Shown piece after piece: positions 36,685 to 49,525 of a stretch of 64,000 bases of DNA (position 1 is its first letter; the number at the start of each line of letters is the position of its first letter). The stretch spans positions 22,605,286-22,669,285 of the forward strand of contig NW_024037076.1 of assembly GCF_015706575.1 (NCBI RefSeq), in the 5' to 3' direction. The notes beneath the pieces were generated by a model. It did no database searches, was not told the DNA's origin, and was given only the letters and a program-made list of their open reading frames with translations. A program made the position numbers and the translations under genes. The stretch is from Patiria miniata (Eukaryota).

Positions 36685-37615
36685 GTAAGTTTTATTTACA
36701 TTCTTCAGTGTGTTTAACTGTCAGTTCTAATATAAGAGATAGTTAAAACTGTTGGCAGATAAACTTCCTCTTTTGAGAATTTTCATAAGCAACGATTTTA
36801 TATTTATGAGAATGGCAGCATGAAATCCTTGTGGTTTGCTTGAGTTGAGTTTGGGGAATGAGTGTTGATTGTTTTCCGCTGTCCATAACTGAAATGTGTG
36901 CTTTGTCATCTGTCTATTTGAATGATGACGTTATACAAATATTGAATGCTTCGAGTGGTGTAGTAAAACTAGGCTCCCGAGGTGATCCATGGACCATTCT
37001 ATTTTCCCGAGGCGAAGCCGAGGGAAAATAGAATGGTCCATGGATCACCGAGGGAGGCTAGTTTTACTTTACCACGAGATAAAGCATTCAATATTTGTTT
37101 TATAACACTTCACCCACAGATTCTGCTTGATTTTAATATTTTACATGATTTAAATCTGAACACAGTTGAAATAAACTTCAATTTCAATACAAAATTGGTG
37201 GAAAATGTATTTCTCTCTTAAAAACTAACCCTTCACAAAATGTTTGAACCCAAGTCTGCGGCGCGCTCTCTTTGGAATAATACGCGCTACGCACAACGCG
37301 CAACGCGCACACCAGCATGCATTTGCACACAAATACCGCGCCGTGGAAATAGTACTTTGGTTGCTAATGGTGTAGTATTTTGGTTGCTATGCGCATAGTA
37401 CTTTTGGCCGTGCACAGAAAGATAGCAAAATTAGAAAGTAGCATGTGACTCGCTCTCGGCCAATCAAGACACAGAATCTGTGGGTGAGGTGTTATAAAAA
37501 TTGTCATCATTTCTCATCCAGCTACTATTTTTAAGTAGAAAAAAGGAGATGAATTTCCAAAGCAACATAACAGTGTGTAGATAATTTATAAGGTTTTGTT
37601 GTGTTATCTTCTCAG

Positions 37616-37685
37616 GATTATTCAGCAGTATATAATGAGAGACGAAGCTGGAGCCCTGGTACCAGTATCTAGTGATGTCAATAAG
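37616..37685 (+). CDS. CCDC186: CCDC186-like exon 15
   Basis: (K)IIQQYIMRDEAGALVPVSSDVNK is close to human [24 protein letters not shown]. Confidence 0.8.
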
Positions 37686-37689
37686 GTAG

Positions 37690-38100
37690 GTATAGGACCA
37701 TGTCTTAATTACTTGGCTATGACCAGCAGCAGCACACAGGTCTATAGGATGTAGAGTCAGCAGCTACCATAATTACTTGGCTATGACCAGCAGCAGCACA
37801 CAGGTCTATAGGATGTAGATTCAGCAGCTACCATAATTACTTGGCTATGACCAGCAGCAGCACACAGGTCTATAGGATGTAGATTCAGCAGCTACCATAA
37901 TTACTTGGCTATGTCCAGCAGCAGCACACAGGTCTATAGGATGTAGATTCAGCAGCTACCATAATTACTTGGCTATGACCAGCAGCAGCACACAGGTCTA
38001 TAGGATGTAGATCCAGCAGCTACCATAATTACTTGCCTATGGCCAGCTGCAGCAGCACACAGGTCTTTAGGGTGTAGCTTTAGCAGCTACCATAATAACT
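37690..38100. repeat. tandem repeat, about 60-bp unit in about 6 copies (ggctatgaccagcagcagcacacaggtctataggatgtagattcagcagctaccataattactt), in CCDC186 intron 15
   Basis: Seen directly. Confidence 0.9.
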
Positions 38101-39185
38101 TGACTATGCCCCCCCCCCCTTCTAAATTTTCACCCAATTATGTTTTGTCCTCTCTTCTTCTGATTCATACTAAACCACTGCCATGACCCTAAATTTATCC
38201 ACTCACAATTTGTAACCAAATTAAATGTAGTAAATAAAATACATACTTCTCTGTAACTGTGTAAGATGTTTTCACAATTATGTCAATACTCTTTGGTTTT
38301 ATACTTGTTTCTTATTTTGTTTGATCCGTTCTGAAAACCTCATGCCTGTATGCTTTTCTCCAGCAACAGTAATCTGACACAACTGCCAGATTCTTCAAAG
38401 AGTTTTCCTGCCCTGAGAATAACCCAGTTCACAATTGCATCTTGTTTTTCTGTCACTTTTCCCCCAATAAATTGCTGCTTTGTTTTCCTTTGCTATCATG
38501 CTTCCATTGTTTTCAGTCCCCATCCGGCTTACGAAGCACTATGGTAAGAATTCCCACATCACTGAATGGACCTCTTGCTTTTCACGGCCGTCTTGTCATC
38601 AGCTTTGCTCATGTTTGTAGTCTGCAGAGCATGCAAGCTAACAGCATGAAAAGCACAGTTTTGGTGTTGCTTTGAAAAAAAAATGTCCTTCACTGGCTTT
38701 TTCTTCATCCCGAAAAGTATTTGAATTTTGCGATTTTACTTTCATTTGGGCAAGTTCTTATTCTTTAAACTGCATGCTAAAAGTGTTTTCTACATTTGTA
38801 AAAAAAAAATTATTTGAACTGCCATAAACTGCCAAATCTTTTTATAGTTATATGCATGCCATATAGCTGATCAAATTTAACCATGAAAAGTTACTCCTGA
38901 TGTCGCTAAATTATTTCAAAGGGATTGCAAAATAGACCTAGTGAATTACATGTCTCAACTGTAGCTATTGCTGTGATTTTTTTTTGTGTGTTGCTTGCTG
39001 TCCTTGATTTTTTTAAGAAGGAAATCGTTATTTTGAATTGCGTTTTGTTTTGTTGATACCAAGTACATTCTGTAGATCATTTTGTATTAGTTGCTTTGAA
39101 TGATAAACACCTCATTTGCACTGAGTGAAATTAGAATTATTATTTTCTATTGGTTTAAAATTTGTCTTCATTTTACGTAAACTTT

Positions 39186-39430
39186 CTTTCAAAGAGGAGA
39201 TGTGGCCCATTGGTTAGGGTTTGTGACTTATGGTCAGTGGGCCAGGGGTTCAAATCCAGCTGCTGGCCATACATTGTGTCCTTGGACAAGCTACTTCACC
39301 CACACTTGCCTCTCTCCACCCTGGAGTATACAGTCGGCTCTTGTTAATACAAACTCATTCGGACCTAGCCAAATTGTTGGTTATATCAGAATTTTGTATT
39401 AAGAGGAGCAACAGTCCCATTCATTGTGCA
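39186..39430 (+). mobile_element. tRNA-derived SINE-like element (head ggagatgtggcccattggttagggt...ccaggggttcaaatccagctgctggcc) in CCDC186 intron 15
   Basis: D-loop-like TGGCCcATTGGTTAGGG and T-loop GGGGTTCAAATCC are present, but the anticodon stem does not pair. It is probably a retroposon and not a tRNA gene. Confidence 0.45.
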
Positions 39431-39978
39431 CATAAATGCACATTTGGGACCAAGGCTTTGTGTTTTTTATAACCAGAATTTGTTTTAAAAGTGTTTGTAC
39501 TAACGAGAGTCAACTGTAAATGGGTATTGGCATTAGCTGGGAAGTAATATGTGATGAACTTTTCCAGGGGAAATAGAAGTGTTGTCAGTGGTTTCCACGG
39601 AAAGCGCATTAACAGAAATCTAGCTGCTAGCAGATTTCTTGTTTTATCACAACACAGGGGTGGATCAATCATTAACAGAAGGGGGGGGGGGGCATCAAAA
39701 TGAGGCGAAACTCAACATAGGAGCAGGGCATATATTTGCTCATGTGGGTGAATATTTGTCTTTGAAGTGATTAAATAACTAGCTGGCAGCAGAAGAAACA
39801 GGAAACAAAGACAAGACGTACATGTACCTCCTAAAAAAAAATCAGGTGGTGGGGCGTGTACCAACTGCGCCCCCCCCCCCTGGATCCGCTACTATATGAG
39901 ATTGTCTTACTCTAATTTTTCAACGTTTTGATACATTGATATTTCGATTATTTTGTCTCATCATCAACTCTGTCTTAA

Positions 39979-40182
<204 letters not shown>

Positions 40183-40264
40183 TGATTGTGGTTGAGGTTT
40201 GATCCATTAATTTTAAAGTTAATGTCAAACAAACATCTTATTCATGTTTGTATGTTTATTAAAG

Positions 40265-40342
40265 GAAAATATTGAGACCCTTGGTCAGGAAATTGCAAGG
40301 CTGCTGAAGGAGCAACAGAAACATCATTCTGGTCACAGATGA
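40265..40342 (+). CDS. CCDC186: CCDC186-like terminal coding exon (stop TGA 40340-40342)
   Basis: ENIETLGQEIARLLKEQQKHHSGHR* is close to human ENLQTLGTEIERLIKHQHE.... Confidence 0.8.
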   Translation, partial: ENIETLGQEIARLLKEQQKHHSGHR

Positions 40343-41429
40343 TAAATAATACAATCTCATCATAGAAGGCATAGCAGCAGCATCATCAACCCTCCATATA
40401 TTAGACAGCTTCATCATTTATTGATGGAGGTCAACAGAAAGTGCTCATATTTTAAGAGAGCCTAAATTTCTTAGATAGGAAAAGCATTTTTTTTCAAGGC
40501 AAGATGATGCCTGGCACCCTAATAGAAGGAGCAACGTGGTAGCCTTACTGAACACAATATTACTTGGTTTTTCTAATGTATCAATATGTTTATAGAAGGA
40601 CCATTGAATGTTTACGTAGGTTTTAAACTCTGTACGATTCACACACAATATGTATTCACTGTTTCATCCAAGCTGCATTCTAACTCTTTCTGTTGGTTTT
40701 TCTCCCTATGGGCTCCTGTGCAAACAAGGACTCACTGATGCGCGTACTGGTTCGCATGCATATAAAGCAAAGTACACATGCCTAATTTATTCTGAATGTG
40801 CGCAATCCTATGGCATCGTCGCTTGAGCGTCAAGGAATCGTTGGCAATGCGTTTGAATGTCTCTCCAAGTGGTCTCCCCCAACTCTCCCTTTCTTACCGT
40901 TGAGGGGGTACTTGTGCACGGAGCCCATAGTTTGTTTATTTTGATCTTTTAAGCATGTCATGCTTGCTTTATGCTCAAAATGATAAACAATATGCACAAA
41001 TTAATTCCAATTAAGATTTTATCCTCTATCTATTTAGTTTTGTTCTTTTAATGATGTATATTGATAAAGCATTCTAACAGAGTATAGCCCTAAATATGGC
41101 AAGGCATTCCAAAAATTCCAAAATATACATGTATGTTGTAATTTTTGTATATATTGTATAATTTATGAAAGAAAACACATGTACATAGCAAGCGAAAAAT
41201 AAATGGTTAGAATTTACAGGGGGTAAGTGTTATAACTGCATGCAACAAAATTGCTGCCATGTATATTATTCATGGTTCTAGGTTGTTGTTTTTTCATATG
41301 TATTCAACCTGAATCAGAATCATAGTTTCAACCAGGACGTGGTATGCTTTAACCTCCTGTTATTGTTCTTTATTGTTGCATGAAAAGACAAGTACATAAT
41401 GACAGAAAGGGAATGGTATTGTTTGATAT

Positions 41430-41870
41430 TAAAGGGGCACTAGGTCCTGAGATCCCCAAAAATTTCATGTTTTGGATTGTTTACTTATCCTATTTTAAAC
41501 ATCTGGTTGAAAGGAAACCAACCTAATGTCTTACCTAAAAAACCTGGTTGTTTACATTCACATAACGAATATTTTTTTCCTGTCATTCAATGTACACTTT
41601 GTGCATGTGTCTGTTATAACGTACATATACAGCACCATGCTTGCGAACAGCAATGACCAATCACCAATGCACAAAATGTGGTTTCTTACACGTCCGCACA
41701 AGGCGAACTCTTTTTATGGATGAAATCACAACTAGCATCAAAACAGCTCAACTTTTTTAGGCCGCAAAAGTGGACCCCAAAAGTCATTCTCGCACGCATA
41801 ATACAGAAATAACACAAAAACGCCAAGTTTTTATAGGATAGTTTTGTGGATGTTTATATGGTCTGCAATG
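41430..41870. repeat. interspersed repeat family X, copy 2
   Basis: Homologous to 11400-11860. Confidence 0.6.
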
Positions 41871-44204
41871 AAATGCATGTACATGTGAATCAACAACTTA
41901 TAAACTGCTTTGTTGTTTGGAGGGGGCTAAATCTACATAAATTTGGATCTTGAGGAAAAGCAATATAGAAATGGTTTAATAGAAAAGATGAGGTGAGATT
42001 TTTCAAAGAGAAATGGGAATAAAGTACAATAAACAAAATAAATGTTGACACCCTTTACAATATGAGATCCCATTGTGTATAGTCCACCTAGTTCATATTA
42101 AGAATATATGTCTAGAATTACTGAATGATGAATGTAAAACTATTTCTGAGTTTACTTAAATAATTTACCTTGTAAAAGTATCACTCAACAACGATATCGC
42201 TTTAAAATATGTCTGTCACTTGAACATTAACTAGGTGCATTTGCATTTTGTTCGATGCATACATTTTGTTTGATGCATGTACATGTATATGGGAAACAAA
42301 TCTGTCACTTTTTTCCAGAGATCAATAATACCCACTCCATATATCATAACTAAGAGAAACATTTCAAGTCATTTGTTTTTAAATTATGTATAAACATGTA
42401 GATTTATGCATCAGCACATACCACACAAATGATGTCCGTTGAGTACATGTATTCAAATTTGATTTTAGTCAGGCCAAACATTCTAACCACATTTAAGACA
42501 GATTTGTTTGTGTATTTAAACTAGTTTATCCTATGAGCTATATGACCAAGTTCACACCTATAGATGTTTACTTAGTTTAATTAACCATATGTAGTGTAAT
42601 TTTATGATGATTGTTAGCACATGAAACATGTTTAACCAAGTGCAATCATATTTTAATAATTTTCAGTACTTTCTGATAAGTAGCATCTTCATTACAGAGT
42701 ATTGGGCATTGTTAATCTACAACATTTAACAGGTTGAATCGTTGTTTGTATATGTTTGGTAAGGAGTAGGATGTATTCCGTTTAATTATATTTCTGAGGG
42801 CATCAAGGCGTATATCTGAATAACAAATAGAAGGGATATCCATATGAAATTATTGAATTTCCTAGAAACCTACATGCACAAACACCATTAATTGTCATCA
42901 AGAAAGACAAAGCAATCTATACTGACTTGTCGAAGGACAGGATCTTACTTAAAAAAAACAACTTTCATTTAAGAGAATGTTTTTTTTGGTTTTTTTTTTT
43001 GTTGACATGTTCTTGAGATTGTCATCAACTTGTTATACACCGTTGTCAAGTTCACATTACATGTATGGACACAATGTCGCTCTTCATGTTGACAATTAAT
43101 TGAGTGTCTTATCAAATTCTACGTCCTGGTAATCATAATTTCAGAAAGCATAAGTAACTCAGCACCTTTCAAATTCTTTATGTGATCAACCATATCAGCA
43201 TTTTTAGTTTTTAGACGTAAATATCTTTTAAATGACGGCATTAAAGAAAATAAATTCCGGCATTCAGATTCTGATGATAAAAAAAAAGTATGCTCATTCT
43301 GGAGGGTTTTTAATTTTTTATTTAAATTTTTAGAAACCGGGGAGAAATTAAAACTTGTGTTCTGCTCTTTTATGTAAAATTGCAGATATATTACCTTTTG
43401 GTATATATCCCTCTTTATTTCTTTGCATTAATAGGGAAGGGTTACATTGGGCTCCCCCTCCTAACTAGAGGATTGTGCCCCTCCCTCTTGTGCCCTTCCC
43501 CCCCCCCCCCCCTTCAGAAAAAAAACCATTGAGTGCCCCCCTTCTGTACCTCACTTAGTTACGTCACGTTTGAGTCAACAAAGATATAGGCCTAGTTAAG
43601 TTGTAACGAACACATTCATGATATTGGTGATAACGCCAATTTGATGCATATATTACATTTCCGTTGATTAATGGGGAAAAGTCCAATGGCCATCAGCTCA
43701 ACTTCGTAGACTTGTATTAGTCTCACACAGTGCCTTACAGTAGGTCTTATCCACGTGAATGGAACGGGCGCTTTACAAAAAGTGAATGCAGGACTTGTAC
43801 AATTCTATGTACAGTTGATTGAACATTCTCTTGATTAAATTCCAAAAATGATCATGGTCAGGGTGGAGACTCATTTATCTCCATGAAGAAAAGGAGTTAA
43901 ATTAATTTATATCATCCAAAGCAGCCCTTTAATTTATTGACAAGTGTGACATATACAGATGAAGTATGACACATTGACATTTTGACGACCGAAATAAATG
44001 TCAAGACCCCTCAATTTTGTATTAACTTTTGTCGAGGCTCTAAAACATCGACTGAAAGACTAAATTCATTATCCTCACATGGAAAGTATGACTGTGTATT
44101 GACAAAGTTAAGAGTGGAGCTTGTGTGAACACAACATGTCAACGCAAAATTTCGTGTTAGCACTTAATTTAATGAAGAGTAACATATTAACTGAATCACT
44201 TAGA

Positions 44205-44262
44205 TACTGGGTGCAACACAGTTGCACAATTCAGAATCAGTACAATCAGCAAGCGTGACATG
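44205..44262 (+). promoter_or_regulatory. two palindromic motifs upstream of the GPCR ATG (gtgcaac-aca-gttgcac and tgacatgtc)
   Basis: Seen directly. Their function is unknown. Confidence 0.2.
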
Positions 44263-44328
44263 TCGCTCAAGCCTGAAAATTACTAGAGAGAAAATTACCA
44301 GAGAGGTTTTTAAGAAAGAAATTCCTCC

Positions 44329-45321
44329 ATGATGGAAGGCATGAGTAACGCAAATATTTCTCAGATGGAATCCATGGATCAGAAAACAATTCATATTCTT
44401 AAACTAATCGTCATGACGCTCCTAACTTCCACAACAATTGCAGCAAATTTGGTGTGTTTTTCTGTCCTGGCGTTTGACTGGAAGAACCGTAACGTTTCTC
44501 AAGTCTTTATGATGTCGCTAACTGTATCAGACCTTGCTGTTGGTATCGTCATGTGTGTTCCTGTCACCGTGTCTTTGGCTGTTAATCGCTGGCCGTTTGG
44601 AGATGTATTTTGCCTTGTGAATGCCATCGTGACGTACTTCTTATTAATAATAGCATGTGGCTGTGTTCTGTTTGTCAACCTGGAGAGATTTGTGACAATA
44701 ATGTGGCCCTTGCGAAGTGTGACATATATAACTGTAAAACGAGCTGAAATTGTTGTCATTTGCCTGTGGACCTCTTCGTTTGTATTAGCTCTTTTATATG
44801 GATTACTGCCTTGGAGAGCAGCTTTATATGCCGAAAGAGCTCATCAGTGTGTGGTAGACCCTACTGACGAAGATGTTATCGATATCTTTGGTACTTTGTC
44901 AACTGGGATGTATTTTACAGTTCTCCTCGTCTGTTTCACACAGTATTTCTACTTGTATCGAATTGTACGTCACCATCGTCGAGTTATCATGCCCGCCCCC
45001 GCGCTACATGCTCCGCCACGCCCACGAGGATTGTCCTCGTCAGATTTCAAAACAGCTACAACATTTTTCCTCATGGTTGCAACGTTGGCAGTAACATGGA
45101 CTCCGGAAACCATTGTGATTCTTTATGAATCAGTAACTCGCCGAGATGCTTCACCTTCCACCATTTTCTCAGCTCAGTTCCTTGGCTACTGTAACGGCAT
45201 TTTAAATGTCGTGATTTATTTTGTTAGAAATGAACCGTTTCGACAATCCGCTAAAAGGTTTTGGCGAAAATTGAAAAGACCGATTGGTTGCCAGTCTTGG
45301 CTTCAGTCTGAGAGAGCTTAA
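44329..45321 (+). CDS. intronless orphan class A (rhodopsin-like) GPCR, 330 aa
   Basis: ORF 44329..45321. It has an N-terminal N-glycosylation site (NAN/IS) and 7 TM segments. The motifs are TM1 N (NLVCFSV), TM2 LTVSDLAVG, TM3 Cys plus ERF (DRY variant: VNLERFVTI), TM4 W (CLWTSS), TM6 TWTP (CWxP variant), TM7 NVVIY (NPxxY variant) and helix-8 FVRN. There is no Lys in TM7, so it is not an opsin. Confidence 0.8.
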   Translation: MMEGMSNANISQMESMDQKTIHILKLIVMTLLTSTTIAANLVCFSVLAFDWKNRNVSQVFMMSLTVSDLAVGIVMCVPVTVSLAVNRWPFGDVFCLVNAIVTYFLLIIACGCVLFVNLERFVTIMWPLRSVTYITVKRAEIVVICLWTSSFVLALLYGLLPWRAALYAERAHQCVVDPTDEDVIDIFGTLSTGMYFTVLLVCFTQYFYLYRIVRHHRRVIMPAPALHAPPRPRGLSSSDFKTATTFFLMVATLAVTWTPETIVILYESVTRRDASPSTIFSAQFLGYCNGILNVVIYFVRNEPFRQSAKRFWRKLKRPIGCQSWLQSERA

Positions 45322-45420
45322 ACTCAATATGACATTTCCAATTCTAAAGATTACTATTGCCTCTGACATTTCTTCGAGAGCCTAATGTAGGATAACCGCA
45401 ACAACTGCTTATCCGAACAT

Positions 45421-46352
45421 AGCCCGACTGCGTCTGGCCGTACAGTACTATCGCAAGCTCTGTAGTACGGCCAGACGCTGAATGCTTCCCAAAAGACTGA
45501 ATTTTTTTGGCCGCTGATGTAGCGATTTTGCTACATCTTTTGATCGAGATTATCTTTTCATCCAGGACAAAAATTTCCACATTTAAGGTTCTTAGTCGTA
45601 GAGCAACTCATACCTTTCCGAAAAAACGTTCTTTGGTCTCAATATTTTCATCCATCTGGCCAAATAACGACTTTCAGTGATCATCTTCCACAAATATCGT
45701 CCCGAAAATGCTCCCCCATGCGATTTCAAAATGGCGGCCGCGCTGTAACTCATGAATATGCATGAAAAGTCTGTGACGTATGACCTCGTGTTTGTGGACG
45801 TGCGTGCGGCGGCGCCGTACGTACATGTACGTACATGTACATTACTTGTAGACAACAGCCCAGTACGTGCATGCACACCGCCGCGCGGACGTAAGTGTGC
45901 ATGCACGTACTGGGCTGTTGTCTACAAGTAATGTACATGTACGTACATGTACGTACGGCGCCGCCGCACGCACGTCCAAAAACACGAGGTCATACGTCAC
46001 AGACTTTTCATGCATATTCATGAGTTACAGCGCGGCCGCCATTTTGAAATCGCATGGGGGAGCATTTTCGGGACGATATTTGTGGAAGATGATCACTGAA
46101 AGTCGTTATTTGGCCAGATGGATGAAAATATTGAGACCAAAGAACGTTTTTTCGAAAAGGTACGAGTTGCTCTACGACTAAGAACCTTAACTGTGGAAAT
46201 TTTTGTCCTGGATGAAAAGATAATCTCGATCAAAAGATGTAGCAAAATCGCTACATCAGCGGCCAAAAAAATTCAGTCTTTTGGGAAGCATTCAGCGTCT
46301 GGCCGTACTACAGAGCTTGCGATAGTACTGTACGGCCAGACGCAGTCGGGCT
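45421..46352. mobile_element. foldback-type element: a 932-bp near-perfect palindrome (arms about 455 bp, asymmetric central loop of about 16 bp) flanked by the 10-bp direct repeat ATCCGAACAT as a target-site duplication
   Basis: Left flank ...atccgaacat|agcccgactgcg..., right flank ...cgcagtcgggct|aatccgaacat. The arms differ at only a few positions. The mirror-image ORFs 45592..45906(-) and 45867..46181(+) are artefacts. It lies 100 bp 3' of the class A GPCR stop codon. Confidence 0.8.
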
Positions 46353-47777
46353 AATCCGAACATTGTGAGAAAAATCAAGACTGATCTTAACATTTCACGA
46401 TGATGGCTCAAGGTCACACGAATCTCCGAAGCAACGTTTTAATCTGTCAAAAGCTGTCCAATAATATGGGTTCTGTTGTCAGTTTGCTTTTAATTGTGAT
46501 CGCAGACTTTGCAAGCAAATAAATAAAATGAGACAATGTGCATCTGAGTTGAAAATGAATAGTCAAAGAACTTATGCATTTACACCCTTTATAATAATTT
46601 TGTTGCTGGTAGTTGTACCTTTTTTCTTGAACGCTATATAGGCCTATAGGGAACTGGAGGGCAACATTAAAAATGCAAAATCATCTGCCTTATTACGATG
46701 AAAGTTTTTGGCAAAGCTTTTTTGTTAATTGGGTGAATGAATCTACAACAATGCTGGATAACCTTGTAAGGGACGGTTCAACAGCGGGGAGAAAGTGAGA
46801 CATTATAGCTTCCCAGAGGCACCCCCTCCCCCAACCAAAATAAAATGTCAAAAAATGTTTTGAGTGGATGATATTTTCTGAGGCTTGCGGAACGTTCAAA
46901 AACGTCAAGACTCCAAAAAAAGTCTGAAAGTTGGGTATTACAAAGATTGTTAATCCCCCCTCCGAAAAAAATAACAGCAATAACTTTAACCTTACACAAC
47001 TATCCTCACCCACTCCCACCCCTCGATCATCAAATATATATTTTCTTGGCGACTTAAAATTGTCACGTTTTTAGGCCGTATGTAGGCGTTTGATTGAAGA
47101 CAGTTCGTTCAGTGTGAAGGCATCTTCTTCCTGCAGAAGAAATTTATCCATACATTTTGCCTCTAGCATAGCACCTGGAAAATTATAAATAAACATGGAA
47201 ATATATAGCTATGACTCAGTTTCTAGACAGTTTGTTTACTGTAAACTGCGTGACAAGTTCAAAACTACATATTATGTAAGTTTACTCGTGCAGTGGCGGA
47301 ACTTGCGAGGCACAGCGGCACTCTCCCCCCCCCCCCCCCCCCCCCACTCTGCTCGAGCAAAGTGCCTCTTGTACTGTACTATGTGCCCCCTCCCCTCCCC
47401 GCTGTTTGAAGTTAGGAGAAGGCAGTGCTCGTCATTTATGTGCCCGACGCCTGCAAGTAATTTGGACCCTGATTGCACTACTAGGTTTACTCCGCGCGTC
47501 TTTAGTCTGGGCCACCGGGGATTTATGATTCTTTTTTACTCACTTTTTTTTGGGGGGGGGGGGGTAATATTGGGGCAACCTGATTGTAATTACTGGTTGT
47601 GAAGTGTTGGCGCTTTCTTCAACCAATCAAAGCCCCCATTGTCACCTTACACATAAGTAATTGTTTGAAGCTTTGCAAGGTGGAGTGATAAGTAGAGAAG
47701 TAGGTTTGCGTGTACAGCATGGACAAATCTCATTTGTGGGGAAGTGTTGGCTGTTAAGAGAGCTGGCATGGGTCTAA

Positions 47778-48090
47778 GGGCGGATCCAGAACAGAATTTT
47801 TTTTGGGTGGGCCAAACATTTTTTGTGTCCACCCAAAAAGTGGGTCAAAAAAATTACGGCGTGGGGTTCGGGGCCCGCTTAAGGGCCCCGAAAATTTTTT
47901 GGATTCTAGATGCTCTGTGGTGCGATCTGAGGCAATTTCTGACCACTTTAACCAATGTTTTTTTTTGAGGAAAAGATGGTGGTGTACTCATTGCCTGCCT
48001 TTATTGCAATGTCACATAAAAAATAAAAAAATGGTTTCGTTTTGGGGGGGGGCCATGGCCCCCTTTGGCCCCCCCCCCCTGGATCCGCCC
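47778..48090. mobile_element. MITE of the 'ggcggatccag' family (TIR gggcggatccag ... ctggatccgccc) with the 9-bp direct repeat CATGGGTCT on both sides
   Basis: TIRs at 47778-47789 and 48079-48090. CATGGGTCT sits at 47767-47775 and 48094-48102. It lies inside a larger inverted-repeat structure in which 47645-47766 is about 80% identical to the reverse complement of 48160-48275. Confidence 0.65.
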
Positions 48091-49459
48091 TTGCATGGGT
48101 CTCGACGTTTCGAACACTATACTCCATTCGTCTTCAGGAGACTGAAGACGAACCCTCTCACCTCCGGCTCTCTTCAGAGCCAACACTTCTCACAAAAGAG
48201 ATTTGTCAATGGTGTACACGCAAACCTACTTCCCTACTCACCTTGCACCTGTTTACGAATTTCAAATTAGATGCCAAACCGAGGCTCTCAGTGCTAGAGA
48301 CAAAGGGGAGCACTGGGGGCCTCAGATTCGGTTTGAAATTCGTGTATCCACCTACGTCAACCCATCACCGTCGCACGATTTCCTTTTGTCTCAACAAACG
48401 GTATCGTTTCATTGTACTGTGAGCTGAAGAAGCTCAAATGTCTAGGTCATTGCCGTTTTTCAGCTTCGGTTTTCTTTCAAGTCTCCTTTTATCCCGGACA
48501 GCTGTTGTTAGAAAATAGGATACAAACGTGAGTTGAATATCCGGAGCAGTAATTAACTTTACACCTCATCCATTTTCCCAAAACACACGCTGCAAGGATG
48601 ACGTCTTTAAGATAAATCAAATGATTATTGTACACTGAGAGAATTGTGCGATTTTGTATTGTTCAAATGCACCTGTTGTGGTGTCCCTACATATCCGATT
48701 CTGCACGCGTTGCCAAGCTTGTCGGGTGTATCCAATTGCCCTTTGAAAAGGAAATGCGCACAGGTGTTAATACACTGAATTCTTTAGTAACTTTTTCAAA
48801 TTCTAACATTTTTTTATCTCTTTACTTACGTCTTTTGTCTGTTTACCAATGATCACCCGATTTCATATGTAAGTTTCTTTGCCCTAACAAACTACTTTTT
48901 AATGAACTGCACATATCTGCTGCTGCATACTGTACGATGTATTCAGTTCGCCTACTCGCAAGATTGAAAGTTGATGGACAGCTTATTGTTTTATTCGGTA
49001 AGAATTTAGTACAATTCACACTGCACTTCAAAAATATTCTTCCATAAAATCAGTTGCTAATGTTAGTACCGTCATTTCATGACTCTAACTGATCGTATTA
49101 TTTTCGTACAATCTTTGACAGGGAATGTATTTGAGTTTTGTTAAATATTAAAAAACATTTGGAGACGTGTGCTCATTCTATGGAACCAATTGTTTATTTA
49201 TTGTGTAAAGCCTTTTTAAATTAAAGCACGAACTCGACAAATAAAACAGCTTATTACGCAAAAGTTAACACTCCGAGAAATTGAATCACAGTGCATACAG
49301 AAATAAGACAGTGGCTATATCAAACGAAATTGGAATGAATTTTTAATATTGGTGTATGAAGTGTCTTTAGTTGTAATAATTGGTGATTACAGGATGATAT
49401 TTTGAGTGATGCTGTGTACGAAGACTGCCCTAGGCAGAGCTCAAACCGGAAAAACATAT

Positions 49460-49525
49460 TTGCAACCAGCTGGTCACTTGCAATCAACGTGGAATAATTG
49501 ATGACCACTGACTTCTATAAAAACA
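49460..49525 (+). promoter_or_regulatory. candidate promoter of the insulin-like gene: E-box CAGCTG (49467-49472), TAAT element (49495-49498), TATA box tataaaaa (49516-49523)
   Basis: Seen directly. The arrangement is reminiscent of insulin-gene E-box/A-box promoters, but that is inference. A predicted 5'UTR exon, about 49546-49650, ends at the donor cag|gtaggt and is followed by a 755-bp intron to the acceptor tttgcag at 50406-50407. Confidence 0.35.

Noticed and set aside
45592-46181. Two 104-aa ORFs (45592..45906 on the minus strand and 45867..46181 on the plus strand) encoding virtually identical proteins.
   Set aside because: They are mirror images produced by the 932-bp palindrome. They are Ala/Arg/Thr-rich low-complexity translations of the same sequence read from both arms, and do not form a gene pair.
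47195-48427. ORFs of 126-155 aa (47195..47602, 47803..48270, 48042..48422).
   Set aside because: They lie in MITE or inverted-repeat sequence with poly-Pro and poly-Gly from homopolymers, and there are no splice or domain signals.
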